Assembly (NCBI GenBank): GCA_963768855.1
Contig: CAVYJM010000006.1
Location: 672,001-736,000 of the forward strand
Direction of reading: 5' to 3'
Source: an uncultured Thermoplasmata archaeon
Lineage (GTDB): Archaea; Thermoplasmatota; Thermoplasmata; RBG-16-68-12
DNA length: 64,000 nucleotides
Made by a program: the position numbers and the translations under genes. The notes under the pieces are model-generated. The model was not told where the DNA came from and did not search any database. It saw only the letters and a program-made list of their open reading frames with translations. Positions 1 through 9,925 of the stretch are shown here, in pieces; the first letter of the stretch is position 1, and every line of letters begins with the position of its first letter.

Positions 1-124
1 CCGGAGGGCCCGGACCTGGACGCCCTGGATGAGGTCCATCGGAATCAGGTCGGTCAAGGAGGCGTCGGTACATAGGCCTTCTCCCCTCGAAGGGTTTTTG
101 GCGGCCCGACCCCTCCGGGGGTCC

Positions 125-1009
125 GTGTCCCGGGTCCTCGTCGTGGGCGGAGCGGGCCTGCTGGGCCAGCACGTGATCGCGGAGGCGGTGCAGCGAGGCC
201 ATGAGGTCGTCGCGACGCACCGGGGCACCGCGCCGACACGACCCGCCGTCACCTGGAAGGAGCTCGACATCCGGGACCGCGAGGCGAGCCGCACGCTCGT
301 CCGGGAGGTCGCACCGGCCGTCGTGGTCAACGCGGCCGCGATGACCGACGTCGATGGATGCGAGGATCGCCCGGAGGAGGCCCAGGCGGTGAACGCCCTC
401 GCGCCGGCCGCGCTCGCCTCCGCGACGAAGGCCGCAGGGGCGAGGTTCGTCCACGTGTCCACGGACTATGTGTTCGACGGCCAGGGTCCGGCCACGGAGG
501 CCACGGAGCCCCACCCCCTCGGAGCCTACGGGCGCACGAAGCTCGACGGCGAGCGCCGGGCGGTCCAGGCCGACCCGAACGCGGTCGTCGTGCGTCTGTC
601 CGCGGTCTTCGGATGGAACCGGGTCTCCTCGAAGACGAACGCCGTGACGTGGATCCTGCAGAAGGTGGAGGGCGGCGAGGAGGTCCGCCTCTTCCAGGAC
701 CAGCGCGTCACCCCGACGTACGCGAAGACGGCCGCCGCGGCGCTCCTGGATCTGGGCGAGCTCGACGCGCGCGGGACCTTCCACGTCGCCTCCAAAGACT
801 GCGTGTCCCGCCTGGAGATGGGACAGGCGATCGTGGAGGCGTTCGGCATCCCGGGCGCGAGGCTCGTGCCCGTGGCGATGGGGAGTGTCACCCTGAAGGC
901 TCCCCGCCCCCCGGCGCCGTGTCTCGTGGTCAAGAAGGCCGAGGAAACCTTGAAGAGGCCCATGCCCGGATTCCGCGCCTGCCTGGAAGACATGAGGGAG
1001 ACCCGATGA
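125..1009 (+). CDS. rfbD: dTDP-4-dehydrorhamnose reductase
   Basis: GGAGLLG Rossmann motif, NAAAMTDVDGCE, VHVSTDYVFDG, YGRTK (YxxxK). GTG start at 125 chosen over ORF-track 29. Confidence 0.9.
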   Translation: MSRVLVVGGAGLLGQHVIAEAVQRGHEVVATHRGTAPTRPAVTWKELDIRDREASRTLVREVAPAVVVNAAAMTDVDGCEDRPEEAQAVNALAPAALASATKAAGARFVHVSTDYVFDGQGPATEATEPHPLGAYGRTKLDGERRAVQADPNAVVVRLSAVFGWNRVSSKTNAVTWILQKVEGGEEVRLFQDQRVTPTYAKTAAAALLDLGELDARGTFHVASKDCVSRLEMGQAIVEAFGIPGARLVPVAMGSVTLKAPRPPAPCLVVKKAEETLKRPMPGFRACLEDMRETR

Positions 1010-2079
1010 AAGGCCTGATTCTTGCCGGCGGGGCGGGCACGCGGCTCCGTCCCCTGACCCACACAGGGCCCAAGCAGCTCATCCCGATCGCGAACAAACC
1101 CAACATCCTGTACTGCCTCGAGGACCTCCGCGACGCCGGCGTCACGGAGATCGGCATCATCCTCGGCGACAACCAGCCCGAGAAAGTCCGCGAGCTCTTG
1201 AAGGATGGCGGCGAGTTCGGCGTCCACCTCACGTACGTGGTCCAGGGCGCGCCCCGCGGCATCGCCCACGCGATCGGTTGTGCGGAGGACTTCCTGAAGG
1301 GAGGACCGTTCTGCGTGTACCTTGGGGACAACCTCCTCAAAGGTGGAATCCGCGACATGGTGGCGGAGTTCGCTTCGGGCGACGCCGACGCGGAGATTGC
1401 CCTGTGCCATGTCTCGGAGCCGCAGCGGTTTGGCGTCGCCGAACTCGACGCGGAGGGACGCGTCGTCCGGCTGGTCGAGAAACCCAAGGACCCGAAGAGC
1501 GATCTCGCCCTCGTCGGGATTTACTTCCTGCGAGACCGCATCTTCCCGATCATCCGCTCCCTCAAACCTTCGTGGCGCAACGAGCTGGAGATCACGGACG
1601 CGCTCGAGACGTTGCGGGCGCAGGGCGGGTTGGTCCACGCGCACATCGTGACGGGCTGGTGGAAGGACACAGGCAAGCCGGAGGACATCCTCGATGCCAA
1701 CCGCCTGATTCTGGACGAGCTGCAACCCCGTATCGAGGGGATCGTCGAGGACGGCGCGGAGATCAAGGGGCGCGTTGCGATCGGGCCCGGTTCCGTCGTC
1801 CGCCGGGGCGCGGTGATCCACGGCCCCGCGATTATCGGACGCGACTGCCAAATCGGCCCGGGCACGTACATCGGTCCGTACACGACCGTCGGCGACCGAA
1901 CGGTGATCGAATTCGCAGACATCGAAAACTCAATCCTGCTCCCCGACGTCCACCTGGCGACCCGCCACAAGATCGTCGGGAGCCTCATCGGGAGCCACAG
2001 CCACATCACGGAGGACGAGCAGGCGCGGCCCCGCGGCATGCGGGTCGTGTTGGGAGAGCACAGCCACGTGCGGCTGTGA
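1006..2079 (+). CDS. rfbA: glucose-1-phosphate thymidylyltransferase (long archaeal form with C-terminal hexapeptide repeats)
   Basis: MKGLILAGGAGTRLRPLTHTGPKQLIP, YLGDN, VEKP, GWWKDTG. ATG overlaps the rfbD stop (ATGA). Confidence 0.92.
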   Translation: MKGLILAGGAGTRLRPLTHTGPKQLIPIANKPNILYCLEDLRDAGVTEIGIILGDNQPEKVRELLKDGGEFGVHLTYVVQGAPRGIAHAIGCAEDFLKGGPFCVYLGDNLLKGGIRDMVAEFASGDADAEIALCHVSEPQRFGVAELDAEGRVVRLVEKPKDPKSDLALVGIYFLRDRIFPIIRSLKPSWRNELEITDALETLRAQGGLVHAHIVTGWWKDTGKPEDILDANRLILDELQPRIEGIVEDGAEIKGRVAIGPGSVVRRGAVIHGPAIIGRDCQIGPGTYIGPYTTVGDRTVIEFADIENSILLPDVHLATRHKIVGSLIGSHSHITEDEQARPRGMRVVLGEHSHVRL

Positions 2080-2130
2080 CCTCGGCGAGGCAAGTTCTTA
2101 AGTAGCGGCTACCCTTGCCATCTGGTTTCC

Positions 2131-2361
2131 ATGAAAGCGTTTCGCATCAGCGGCCGCTTCCGCATGGGCCATGACTGGCAGGCGTACTCCAAGGAGGTCG
2201 CCGCCGCCGACGAGGCCGCGGCGCGGGAACGGCTCCTGTCGATCCTGGGGAGCCAGCACGGCGTGGCGCGGAAGTACATCGAGATCCGCGAGGTCGCCGA
2301 GGTCCCCGTCGCCGAGCTCCGCGACCACGCGGTGAAGTACACCGTGGAGGTCAGCAAATGA
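2131..2361 (+). CDS. rpl18a: 50S ribosomal protein L18Ae/LX (eL20)
   Basis: 76 aa, MKAFRISG...SILGSQHGVARKYIEI. Sits in the conserved order upstream of pfdA-ftsY. Confidence 0.88.
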   Translation: MKAFRISGRFRMGHDWQAYSKEVAAADEAAARERLLSILGSQHGVARKYIEIREVAEVPVAELRDHAVKYTVEVSK

Positions 2362-2804
2362 GCGGGTCGGAAGCGGATCTCCGTCGCGGGCTCGCCGTCC
2401 TGGACCAATACCGGGAGCAGCTCGAGTCCCTCGCTCAGCAGCAGGAGATCGTCCGCGTCTCCCTCGAGGAACACCTGCGGGCCAAGGAGACGCTCCTCCG
2501 CTATCAGCAGGCCGGGAAGGGCGCGGAGGTCCTCGTCCCCGTCGGCGCGAACGCGTTCCTCGTGGCCGAGGTGAAGGACGCCGCGAAGGCGTTCGTCGGC
2601 GTGGGGTCGGACCTCGTCCTCTTCGATGACATCCCGAAGCAGATCGAGCGTCTCGACGTGCGCGTCAAGTCGATCAGCGAGGCGATGGCCGCCATCGGGC
2701 AGCGTCTCGCGGAACTCCAGGAGCGCGCAGAAAACCAGAGCGCTTCCGTTCAGAGCCTGTACGACCGCCTCCAGGGGACCGCGGACGCGGGCGGGCGACC
2801 GTAG
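2358..2804 (+). CDS. pfdA: prefoldin subunit alpha
   Basis: Coiled coil, then beta hairpins (EVLVPVGANAF, FVGVGS), then coiled coil. Conserved synteny. Confidence 0.9.
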   Translation: MSGSEADLRRGLAVLDQYREQLESLAQQQEIVRVSLEEHLRAKETLLRYQQAGKGAEVLVPVGANAFLVAEVKDAAKAFVGVGSDLVLFDDIPKQIERLDVRVKSISEAMAAIGQRLAELQERAENQSASVQSLYDRLQGTADAGGRP

Positions 2805-3851
2805 ATGTTCAAGTCCCTCCGCGAGAAACTGGCCGCGTGGCGGGAGAAGGCCGAGGCCGAGGTCGAGGAGGAGACGAAGGAGGAGCCGGCCGCGACACCC
2901 CGGGCCGTTCCGGCGTCGAAGCCGGGTCTCGCCGCCAGACCCCAGGCCCCCGGGCGGTCCGTGCCTTCTTCCAAAGTGATCGGCGACTCCGGTCGGAAGC
3001 TGAAGGAGGACAAGCTCGAGGAGATCCTCTACGACCTGGAGATCGCCCTCCTCGAGTCCGATGTCGCCTTCCCCGTCGCGAAGGAGGTCGTCGACACGCT
3101 CGCGGGGGAGCTGCGCGGCAAGCGTGTGGCCCGCGAGGTCTCCGTCGAGAAGGGCGTTGAGGCCGCCCTGCGCGACGCGATCACGAAGGCCATGACGGTG
3201 CCGACGATCGACCTCTTCGAGATTATCAAGTCGCACCCGAAGCCCCTCGTCATCATGTTCGTCGGCGTCAACGGCACCGGGAAGACGACGACGATCGCGA
3301 AGCTCGCCTACCACATCCAGAAGAAGGGATACACGGCCGTCGTCGCGGCCGCGGACACGTTCCGGGCCGGTGCGATCGAGCAGCTCGAGAAGCACGCGGA
3401 GGCCGTCGGGTTCAAGCTCATCAAGCACGAGGCGGGATCGGACCCCGCCGCGGTCGCATACGACGCGGTCGAGCACGCCCGAGCGCGCAAGCGCGATGTG
3501 GTGCTCATCGACACCGCGGGCCGGATGCAGACGAACACGAACCTGATGGACCAGATGAAGAAGATCAAGCGCGTGGCGGACCCGGACCTCGTGTTCTACA
3601 TCGGGGACGCCCTCGCCGGGAACGACGCGATCGAGCAGGCGAAGGATTTCCACGAGTCCGTCGGGCTCGACGGCATCGTCCTCACGAAGATCGATGCGGA
3701 CGCGAAGGGCGGCGCGGCCCTCTCGATCGCCCACACGATCGGCAAGCCCGTCGTCTTCGTGAGCACGGGTCAGGGTTACGACGACATCCGGCGGTTCAAC
3801 GTGAAGTGGATGGTCGACCGCCTCCTGTCCCCCGAGGAGAAGGAGGCATAG
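2805..3851 (+). CDS. ftsY: signal recognition particle receptor FtsY
   Basis: GVNGTGKTTT, DTFRAGA, DTAGR, TKIDADAKGG. Confidence 0.97.
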   Translation: MFKSLREKLAAWREKAEAEVEEETKEEPAATPRAVPASKPGLAARPQAPGRSVPSSKVIGDSGRKLKEDKLEEILYDLEIALLESDVAFPVAKEVVDTLAGELRGKRVAREVSVEKGVEAALRDAITKAMTVPTIDLFEIIKSHPKPLVIMFVGVNGTGKTTTIAKLAYHIQKKGYTAVVAAADTFRAGAIEQLEKHAEAVGFKLIKHEAGSDPAAVAYDAVEHARARKRDVVLIDTAGRMQTNTNLMDQMKKIKRVADPDLVFYIGDALAGNDAIEQAKDFHESVGLDGIVLTKIDADAKGGAALSIAHTIGKPVVFVSTGQGYDDIRRFNVKWMVDRLLSPEEKEA

Positions 3852-3852
3852 G

Positions 3853-4944
3853 TTGGCAGCCCTCGGCCTGATCGAGAAGAACCAGGTCGTGGAGTTCCCG
3901 GTCGCGCAGCTTGCCCTTGCGGTCCTCAAGGCTAGTGTGGAGTCCGTGACCCTGCGCTCTCTTGGGTTCGTCGGCGCGGACGAGGACGTGCCGCTCGTCG
4001 AGATCCACGGATCTCCCTCAGACTTCCGACTCCGCGTGCTGACGGACAAGGCGGACTACTTGGACTGGTTGAACGGCGCCCTGCTCCGCGCCGGGATGGT
4101 CGAGCCGGTCGGCCTCACGTCGGTCGCCCGCCGGCTCGCGGAGTACGAGGACATTGTCCTCGGCGTCGACACGAACCTCCTGTACTCGTGCATCTTCGGT
4201 GAGCATCTCCTGGAGGAGTTCCACCGCATCCACGCGCGGCCCTACAAGGAGACGGTCAACTGGATCCTCCTGGTCATCCCAGGCGTCGTGATGAAGGAGC
4301 TGGAGAATGCGGCGAACCAGAAGAAGGGCGGGCACCTGACCCACGCCGGCCGCATGGGCTATCGCGCGCTCCAGGAGATCACGAGCCTCAAGCGGACGGA
4401 GGCCTTCCAGGGGATGAGCGTGCTCGTCGTCGGGGAGACGAACCCTCCGCAGCTCCGCCTCTCCGCGGACGGGCTCACGATCCTGAATGCGGACTCGATG
4501 ATTCGCGACCAGTTCAAGGCCTTCCTGCGAGGGATCGAGTTCCGCAAGGGCATCTTCTTCCTGACCATGGACAAGACGAACGCCTCGATGGCGGCAGCCG
4601 AGGGCCTGAGCGCGTTGCGCATCCAGCACCCCCGCCGGTTGCGGAAGGGCGACGAGGTCTCCCTCCCGCGGGAGGAGACGGTCCTCCTGGCCCGCGTGCT
4701 CTACGAGCTCGCGGTGGAGTTCGGGAAGATCCGGATCGCGTGGAACGACGGAGGTGCGCATCACCTGGACCTGGAGGGATCCTGGACCTGGAAGTCCATG
4801 GAGCACTGGGAGGCGTTCCAGCTCCTGTGCTCGGATCAGGACCGCGGCTTCGACAAAGCGATGTCCCGCTACATCGGCGGCCGCTTCGACCTCCGTCGCA
4901 TCCTCGAGCAGTGGCAGGAGATTCACGAGGCCCTCGCGGAGTGA
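3853..4944 (+). CDS. PIN-like domain protein
   Basis: VLGVDTNLL (first acidic site), VIPGVVMKELE, NADSMI, FLTMDK...AAAEGL resemble the PIN fold pattern. TTG start is uncertain. Confidence 0.6.
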   Translation: MAALGLIEKNQVVEFPVAQLALAVLKASVESVTLRSLGFVGADEDVPLVEIHGSPSDFRLRVLTDKADYLDWLNGALLRAGMVEPVGLTSVARRLAEYEDIVLGVDTNLLYSCIFGEHLLEEFHRIHARPYKETVNWILLVIPGVVMKELENAANQKKGGHLTHAGRMGYRALQEITSLKRTEAFQGMSVLVVGETNPPQLRLSADGLTILNADSMIRDQFKAFLRGIEFRKGIFFLTMDKTNASMAAAEGLSALRIQHPRRLRKGDEVSLPREETVLLARVLYELAVEFGKIRIAWNDGGAHHLDLEGSWTWKSMEHWEAFQLLCSDQDRGFDKAMSRYIGGRFDLRRILEQWQEIHEALAE

Positions 4945-5634
4945 TCACGCCGGTTCGCGGACCCAGCCGAACCGCTTCCGGAAGAGCCAGAGGAAGTTCG
5001 CGAATGCATCGTTGAAGCTCCGGATCTTCTTCTCGCCCACCCGGCGTCGGTAGTCGACGGGGACCTCCACGTAGCGGTATCCGTGGAGGAGGACCTCTGC
5101 TTTGAGCTCCTCTGAAAAGGCCATGCCGTCGTGGAGGATGTGGAGATGGGGCAGGAGATCGCGCCGGAACGCCCACATCCCCGACTGGGAATCCTGCATG
5201 GGGAAGCGGTAGAGGAATCGGAACGCGACGTTGAGCATCGTGTTGCCGAGGTGGTGCATCCCCGTCATCGCCTCCTTGGAGAGCCGGGTGATCCGGTCAC
5301 CCGCCACGAAGTCCGCTTGGCCTGACTCCAGGGGTCGGAGGAGGTCCGGGAACCGGTCGGCCGGATACGTGAGGTCCGCGTCGAGGGTGCACACGTACGT
5401 CCCTCGGACCGCCGCGAAGCCGGTCTTGTACGCCCGGCCGTAGCCGCGGCGGGGCTCCGACACCACGCGCGCCCCCTTCGAGGATGCGATCTCCCGCGTG
5501 CGGTCCCGCGAGTTCGTGTCGACGATCAGGATCTCGAGGTCACGGCCTGCGAGCGCCGCCCGGATCTCGTCGATCACTGCACCGATCGAGCCCTCCTCGT
5601 TCATCGTAGGGATGATGACGGAGACCTCGACCAC
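4945..5634 (-). CDS. GT2 glycosyltransferase, polyprenol-phosphate mannose synthase-like
   Basis: VSVIIPTMNEE, DADLTYP, DSQSGM. Confidence 0.88.
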   Translation of the reverse strand: MVEVSVIIPTMNEEGSIGAVIDEIRAALAGRDLEILIVDTNSRDRTREIASSKGARVVSEPRRGYGRAYKTGFAAVRGTYVCTLDADLTYPADRFPDLLRPLESGQADFVAGDRITRLSKEAMTGMHHLGNTMLNVAFRFLYRFPMQDSQSGMWAFRRDLLPHLHILHDGMAFSEELKAEVLLHGYRYVEVPVDYRRRVGEKKIRSFNDAFANFLWLFRKRFGWVREPA

Positions 5635-5676
5635 GCCGCGCGATTCAGACCCCTTCCTATAATGCTTTCCACCTTG

Positions 5677-6459
5677 CTACTCGGCCCTCTTCTTCCCGAA
5701 GAGTTTGTACCCGCCGTAGCCCAGGAACGCGGTGACCAGGCGCAGGAGGCTCCAGAACGTCGTCTTGTGCCGGACCATCTCGAAGGGACGGTAGGCCCCC
5801 CACAAGCTGCCGTGCTTCAGCGTGAGCTGCTTCCGGCCCACGCCGTTCCAGAACGCCTGGCGCACGAAGTCGAAGTACGAGTCCCGCGTGCGGTGGTAGA
5901 TGATGGCCCCCGCCCGGAACGAGATGGGATGCCCGGCGAGGACGGCGCGCAGGTTCAGGTCGATGTCCTCCGCGGTCACCATCCACTCGTCGAACCCGCC
6001 GATCTCCTGGAGGACCTTCTTCCGGTACGCCAGGTTCGAGGACGGATACGTGACGTCCACATCCCGGACGATCAGCTCAACCCGCTCGAGGTCCTCGAAG
6101 GGTCGGTACCCGATCTGGATGGAACGCCCTGCGACGACATCGGCGGTCTTCAGCCCGTCCCGCAACTCCTTGATCCAGAACGGGTTCGCGATCGCATCGC
6201 CGTCGATGAACGCGACGGCCTCGCCGCGGGCCTTCGCGATGCCGAAGTTCCGCCCGGCGCCGCGCGTCCCGCCGTGGATGTACAGGTGGACGGAGTCGTA
6301 GCGCTTCTCGTACCGCTGGACGACGTCGCGGGTCGCGTCCTCGCTTCCCGCATCGATGACGAGGATTTCGATCGGCGGTTCCTGGATCACGAGGCTGTCG
6401 AGGAGCGCGGCGATGTTCCGCGCCTCGTTCCGGACCGTGGTCACGACGCTGATGAGCAA
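5677..6459 (-). CDS. GT2 glycosyltransferase
   Basis: ISVVTTVRNE, GRNFGI, FIDGDA, GGFDE...EDIDL. Confidence 0.88.
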   Translation of the reverse strand: MLISVVTTVRNEARNIAALLDSLVIQEPPIEILVIDAGSEDATRDVVQRYEKRYDSVHLYIHGGTRGAGRNFGIAKARGEAVAFIDGDAIANPFWIKELRDGLKTADVVAGRSIQIGYRPFEDLERVELIVRDVDVTYPSSNLAYRKKVLQEIGGFDEWMVTAEDIDLNLRAVLAGHPISFRAGAIIYHRTRDSYFDFVRQAFWNGVGRKQLTLKHGSLWGAYRPFEMVRHKTTFWSLLRLVTAFLGYGGYKLFGKKRAE

Positions 6460-6550
6460 CGCCGCGGCGAAGGGGCGGGGCCGTTATCAGAGTTTCGGGC
6501 GCGGGTCGGCGGATTAATATCGCCCTCGGCACATGCGCGCGGACGGTTCC

Positions 6551-7639
6551 ATGGCGCGCGTCGTGACGATCATCGGCACCCGGCCGGAGATCATCAAGAT
6601 GGCGCCTGTGATCAAGGCCCTGGATCGACTGGAGGGCATCGAGCACGTTCTCGTCCATTCGGGGCAGCACTACGACCTGCTCATGGACCGCATCTTCTTC
6701 CAGGACATGGAGCTTCGCGAACCCGACCGCCAGTTCGAGCTCAAGGACCAGCCGCCGCATCTCCAGGTGGCCACGACGATGCGGCAGATCGCGGAGGTCA
6801 CGAAGGACGCCGACCTGGTCATCGTGCACGGCGACACGAACACGACCGTCGCGGGCGCGCTCCTCGCGAGCAAGCAGTCGCGCCGTCTCGCCCACGTCGA
6901 GGCAGGCATCCGGTCGTTCGACCGCACGATGCCGGAGGAGATGAACCGCATCGTGGCGGACCAGCTTTCCCAGGTCCTCTTCGCTCCGACGCCGGTCTCC
7001 CGCGAGAACCTGCGGAAGGAAAATGTCACGGAGGGGGTCCACGTCGTGGGGAACAGCGTGGTCGACGCGCTGATGCAGAACCTCCCGATTGCGGAGACAA
7101 GGTCCACGATCCTGCGGACGCTCGGGCTCGCGCCGCGAGGGTATCTCCTGCTGACCTTCCATCGCGCCGAGAACGTCGATTCGAAGGAACGCCTGGCGCG
7201 AGCGCTGAACGCCTTCGAGGCGGCCGCGCAGGAGACCGCGCTCCCGGTCATCTTCCCGATCCATCCCCGCACGACGAAGCGTCTCAGGGAGTTCGGCCTC
7301 GAGAAGCGCGCCGCGGCCCTCACGGGCCTCCGCCGAATCGAGCCCACGGGCTACCTCGACATGCTCGTGCTCGAGAAGAGTGCCGCCGTCGTCCTCACGG
7401 ATTCGGGCGGGCTCCAGGAAGAGAGCTGCTTCTTCCGGGTGCCTTGCGTGACCCTTCGCGAGAACACGGAGAGACCGGAGAGCCTGGAGGTCGGGGCGAA
7501 CGTGCTCGCGGGCACGGATCCGGATCGGGTGCGCGCCGCGGTGCGTCATCAGCTGGACGCCACGCGGAACTGGCCGAACCCCTACGGCGACGGAACGACT
7601 TCACGGAGGATCGCCGCCGTCGTCGAGAGCCTGGGATGA
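6551..7639 (+). CDS. wecB: UDP-N-acetylglucosamine 2-epimerase (non-hydrolysing)
   Basis: GTRPEIIKMAP, SGQHYD, HGDTNT, HVEAGIRS, TDSGGLQEE, NPYGDG. Confidence 0.95.
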   Translation: MARVVTIIGTRPEIIKMAPVIKALDRLEGIEHVLVHSGQHYDLLMDRIFFQDMELREPDRQFELKDQPPHLQVATTMRQIAEVTKDADLVIVHGDTNTTVAGALLASKQSRRLAHVEAGIRSFDRTMPEEMNRIVADQLSQVLFAPTPVSRENLRKENVTEGVHVVGNSVVDALMQNLPIAETRSTILRTLGLAPRGYLLLTFHRAENVDSKERLARALNAFEAAAQETALPVIFPIHPRTTKRLREFGLEKRAAALTGLRRIEPTGYLDMLVLEKSAAVVLTDSGGLQEESCFFRVPCVTLRENTERPESLEVGANVLAGTDPDRVRAAVRHQLDATRNWPNPYGDGTTSRRIAAVVESLG

Positions 7640-7643
7640 CCCG

Positions 7644-8744
7644 ATGACTTCCCGCGTCGTCTTCCTGCGTTCGAAGAGCCCGGCAGGCATCGAGCCGCGG
7701 CTGGAGAAGGAGGCGGCCACGTTGGTCCGAGCGGGCTACGAGGTGCATGCGATCCTCTGGGATCGCACGCGATCGTATCCGGTGGAGGAGACCCGTGACG
7801 GAATCCACGTCCACCGCTACCGGCTCCCCGCGCCGGAAGGAGAGCGCGGACTGGCGCTGAAGCTCCCCCGATGGTGGATCCACGCCGCGATGGCGACCGC
7901 CTCCTTGCGCCCGAGCGTGGTCCACGCCGTGGACTTCGATACCGCCTGGGCCGCGTGGATGGCGGCGCGGGTCTGCGGTGCGCGACTCGTTTACGACATC
8001 TTCGACTTCTATTCGGAGATGATCACGGCCGAGCTCCCTCCGGCCCTGCGACGATTCCTCACCCGCGCGGAGCGGCGCATGGTCGCGTCGGCCGACCTCG
8101 TGATTCTGCCGGACCAGCGCCGCGAGGTCCAGTTTGGCGGGGCCGTGCCCCGCAAGGTCATCGAGATCATGAACGTCCCCGAGGACCGCCGCCTCACCGT
8201 TGAGCCGGCCCCGCACTTCACCCTTTTCTACGGGGGGATGATCGCGAAGGATCGGGGCCTCATGGACCTCCTCGCCGCCTGCGAGGCCACGGGGGCGAGA
8301 CTGATCGTCGCGGGCCACGGGCCCGACGAGACGGAGCTCCTCCCCCACCTCGAGACCTCTCCAGCCTGTCTGTATCTGGGAACGATTCCGTACGACGAGG
8401 TCCTTCGCCAGACGGCGGCGTGCCATGCGATCGCGGCGCTCTACGATCCCCGAGTGCCCAACAACCGCTACGCGGCGCCGAACAAGGTGTTCGAGGCGAT
8501 GATGCTCGCGAAGCCGGTCCTCGTGTCGGATGGCATCGCCATCGCGGACCTCGTGCGCCGCGTGGGCTGCGGCCTCGTCGTCCCGTACGGAGACCGGGAG
8601 GCCCTCCGAACCGCCTTGGAGCGGCTCATGCTCTCGCCGGCCGAGTGCGAGACCCTGGGCGGCCGGGGCCGGATCGCCTTCGAATCCCGGTACAACTGGA
8701 AGGCGATGGAGGCTCGGCTCCTCCGTGCCTATGCGGAGCTGTGA
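7644..8744 (+). CDS. GT4 glycosyltransferase
   Basis: GT-B fold, PNKVFEAMMLAKPV donor-binding motif. Confidence 0.85.
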   Translation: MTSRVVFLRSKSPAGIEPRLEKEAATLVRAGYEVHAILWDRTRSYPVEETRDGIHVHRYRLPAPEGERGLALKLPRWWIHAAMATASLRPSVVHAVDFDTAWAAWMAARVCGARLVYDIFDFYSEMITAELPPALRRFLTRAERRMVASADLVILPDQRREVQFGGAVPRKVIEIMNVPEDRRLTVEPAPHFTLFYGGMIAKDRGLMDLLAACEATGARLIVAGHGPDETELLPHLETSPACLYLGTIPYDEVLRQTAACHAIAALYDPRVPNNRYAAPNKVFEAMMLAKPVLVSDGIAIADLVRRVGCGLVVPYGDREALRTALERLMLSPAECETLGGRGRIAFESRYNWKAMEARLLRAYAEL

Positions 8745-9901
8745 CCTTGCGGATCCATCATGTGACTCCCCACTTCCTCCCGGACCGGGGCGGGGTCGAG
8801 TCCCATGTGCTCCGCCTGTCCGAGTTCCTGGTCGGGCGAGGCCATGAGGTGGTCGTGCACACTTCGGCTCGATCGCAGACCGGGGCGAGCCTCCCCGAGA
8901 CGGACCGGTTCGACGGCATCACGGTTCGGCGATACGATCCGGTCTTGCGGCTCGGGTACTATCTGACCACGTTCCACCCGGACTTCTCCGGCGCGGAGGT
9001 CGTGCACTTGCACGGGTACGGCTTGCTCGCGAACGACTGGTCGGCCCGCCGCGCGAATCGTCTGGGCGTGCCGGTCGTCTACACGCTGCACCATGGAGTC
9101 GCCCGCGCCGAGCCGACAGCCCTCGCCCGGGCAGAGCGGACGATCTATGATCGGCTCGTCGGTCGGAAGACGCTGTCCCTCGCGTCCGGGATCATCACGG
9201 CGAACGACGCGGACCGCCGGTGGCTCGAGACGCGCGGGATCCCGGGTGTCCGCATCCGCGTCATCCCCACGGGCCTCGAGGCGGACGCGTTCGAGGCCGG
9301 GGTCCCCGCGCGCACCCGGGATGCGTTGGGACTTGGGCGATACGTGCTCTACGTCGGGCGGCTCCAGAAGGAGAAGTCCGTGGACACGCTCCTGCGGGCC
9401 TTTGCGACCCTTCCGCCCGGGGGCGAGTCCCTCGTCCTCGCGGGCCCGGACGGGGGGGAGGGCGCCCGCCTGCGTGCCCTTGCAGCGTCCCTCGGGATCC
9501 AGGCTCGCGTCCGCTTCCTCGGGGAGGTCGACGAGGCCACGAAGCGGGACCTGCTCGCGGGCTGCGAAGTCCTCGTGCTGCCGAGTTTCTACGAGGCTCA
9601 AGGCATCGCGATCCTTGAGGCGTGGGCGCAGGGTCGACCCGTGATCGCGTCCCGGGTCGGCGGCGTTCGGGAACTCGTGGAGGATGGCCGCGACGGGTTG
9701 CTGGTACCATGGGGAGACGTTCAAGCGTTGGCCAAGCGCCTCCGGCAGATCCTTGGAGACCCGAATCTGGGGACCGCTCTTGGCGATGCGGGCTTGACGA
9801 AAGCGCGCGGGCGGTATGCTTGGAGTCGGCTGGCACCCGAGGTCGAGGCGGTCTACGAGTCCCTACTCCGCCCCGCTCCCGCCCAAGCGGGGAACGCTTA
9901 A
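8741..9901 (+). CDS. GT4 glycosyltransferase
   Basis: GGVESHV, YVGRLQKEKS, LPSFYEAQGIAILEAWAQGRPV. GTG start at 8741 overlaps the upstream stop. Confidence 0.88.
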   Translation: MTLRIHHVTPHFLPDRGGVESHVLRLSEFLVGRGHEVVVHTSARSQTGASLPETDRFDGITVRRYDPVLRLGYYLTTFHPDFSGAEVVHLHGYGLLANDWSARRANRLGVPVVYTLHHGVARAEPTALARAERTIYDRLVGRKTLSLASGIITANDADRRWLETRGIPGVRIRVIPTGLEADAFEAGVPARTRDALGLGRYVLYVGRLQKEKSVDTLLRAFATLPPGGESLVLAGPDGGEGARLRALAASLGIQARVRFLGEVDEATKRDLLAGCEVLVLPSFYEAQGIAILEAWAQGRPVIASRVGGVRELVEDGRDGLLVPWGDVQALAKRLRQILGDPNLGTALGDAGLTKARGRYAWSRLAPEVEAVYESLLRPAPAQAGNA

Positions 9902-9925
9902 TAGGCGTGCGGCTGGTCCCGGGCC

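Noticed and set aside
29-124. N-terminal extension of RfbD given by the ORF track, and similar extensions on mat, rnz, tfs and CopCD
   Set aside because: The extensions run through TATA-like intergenic sequence, and family motifs begin at the downstream starts used here.
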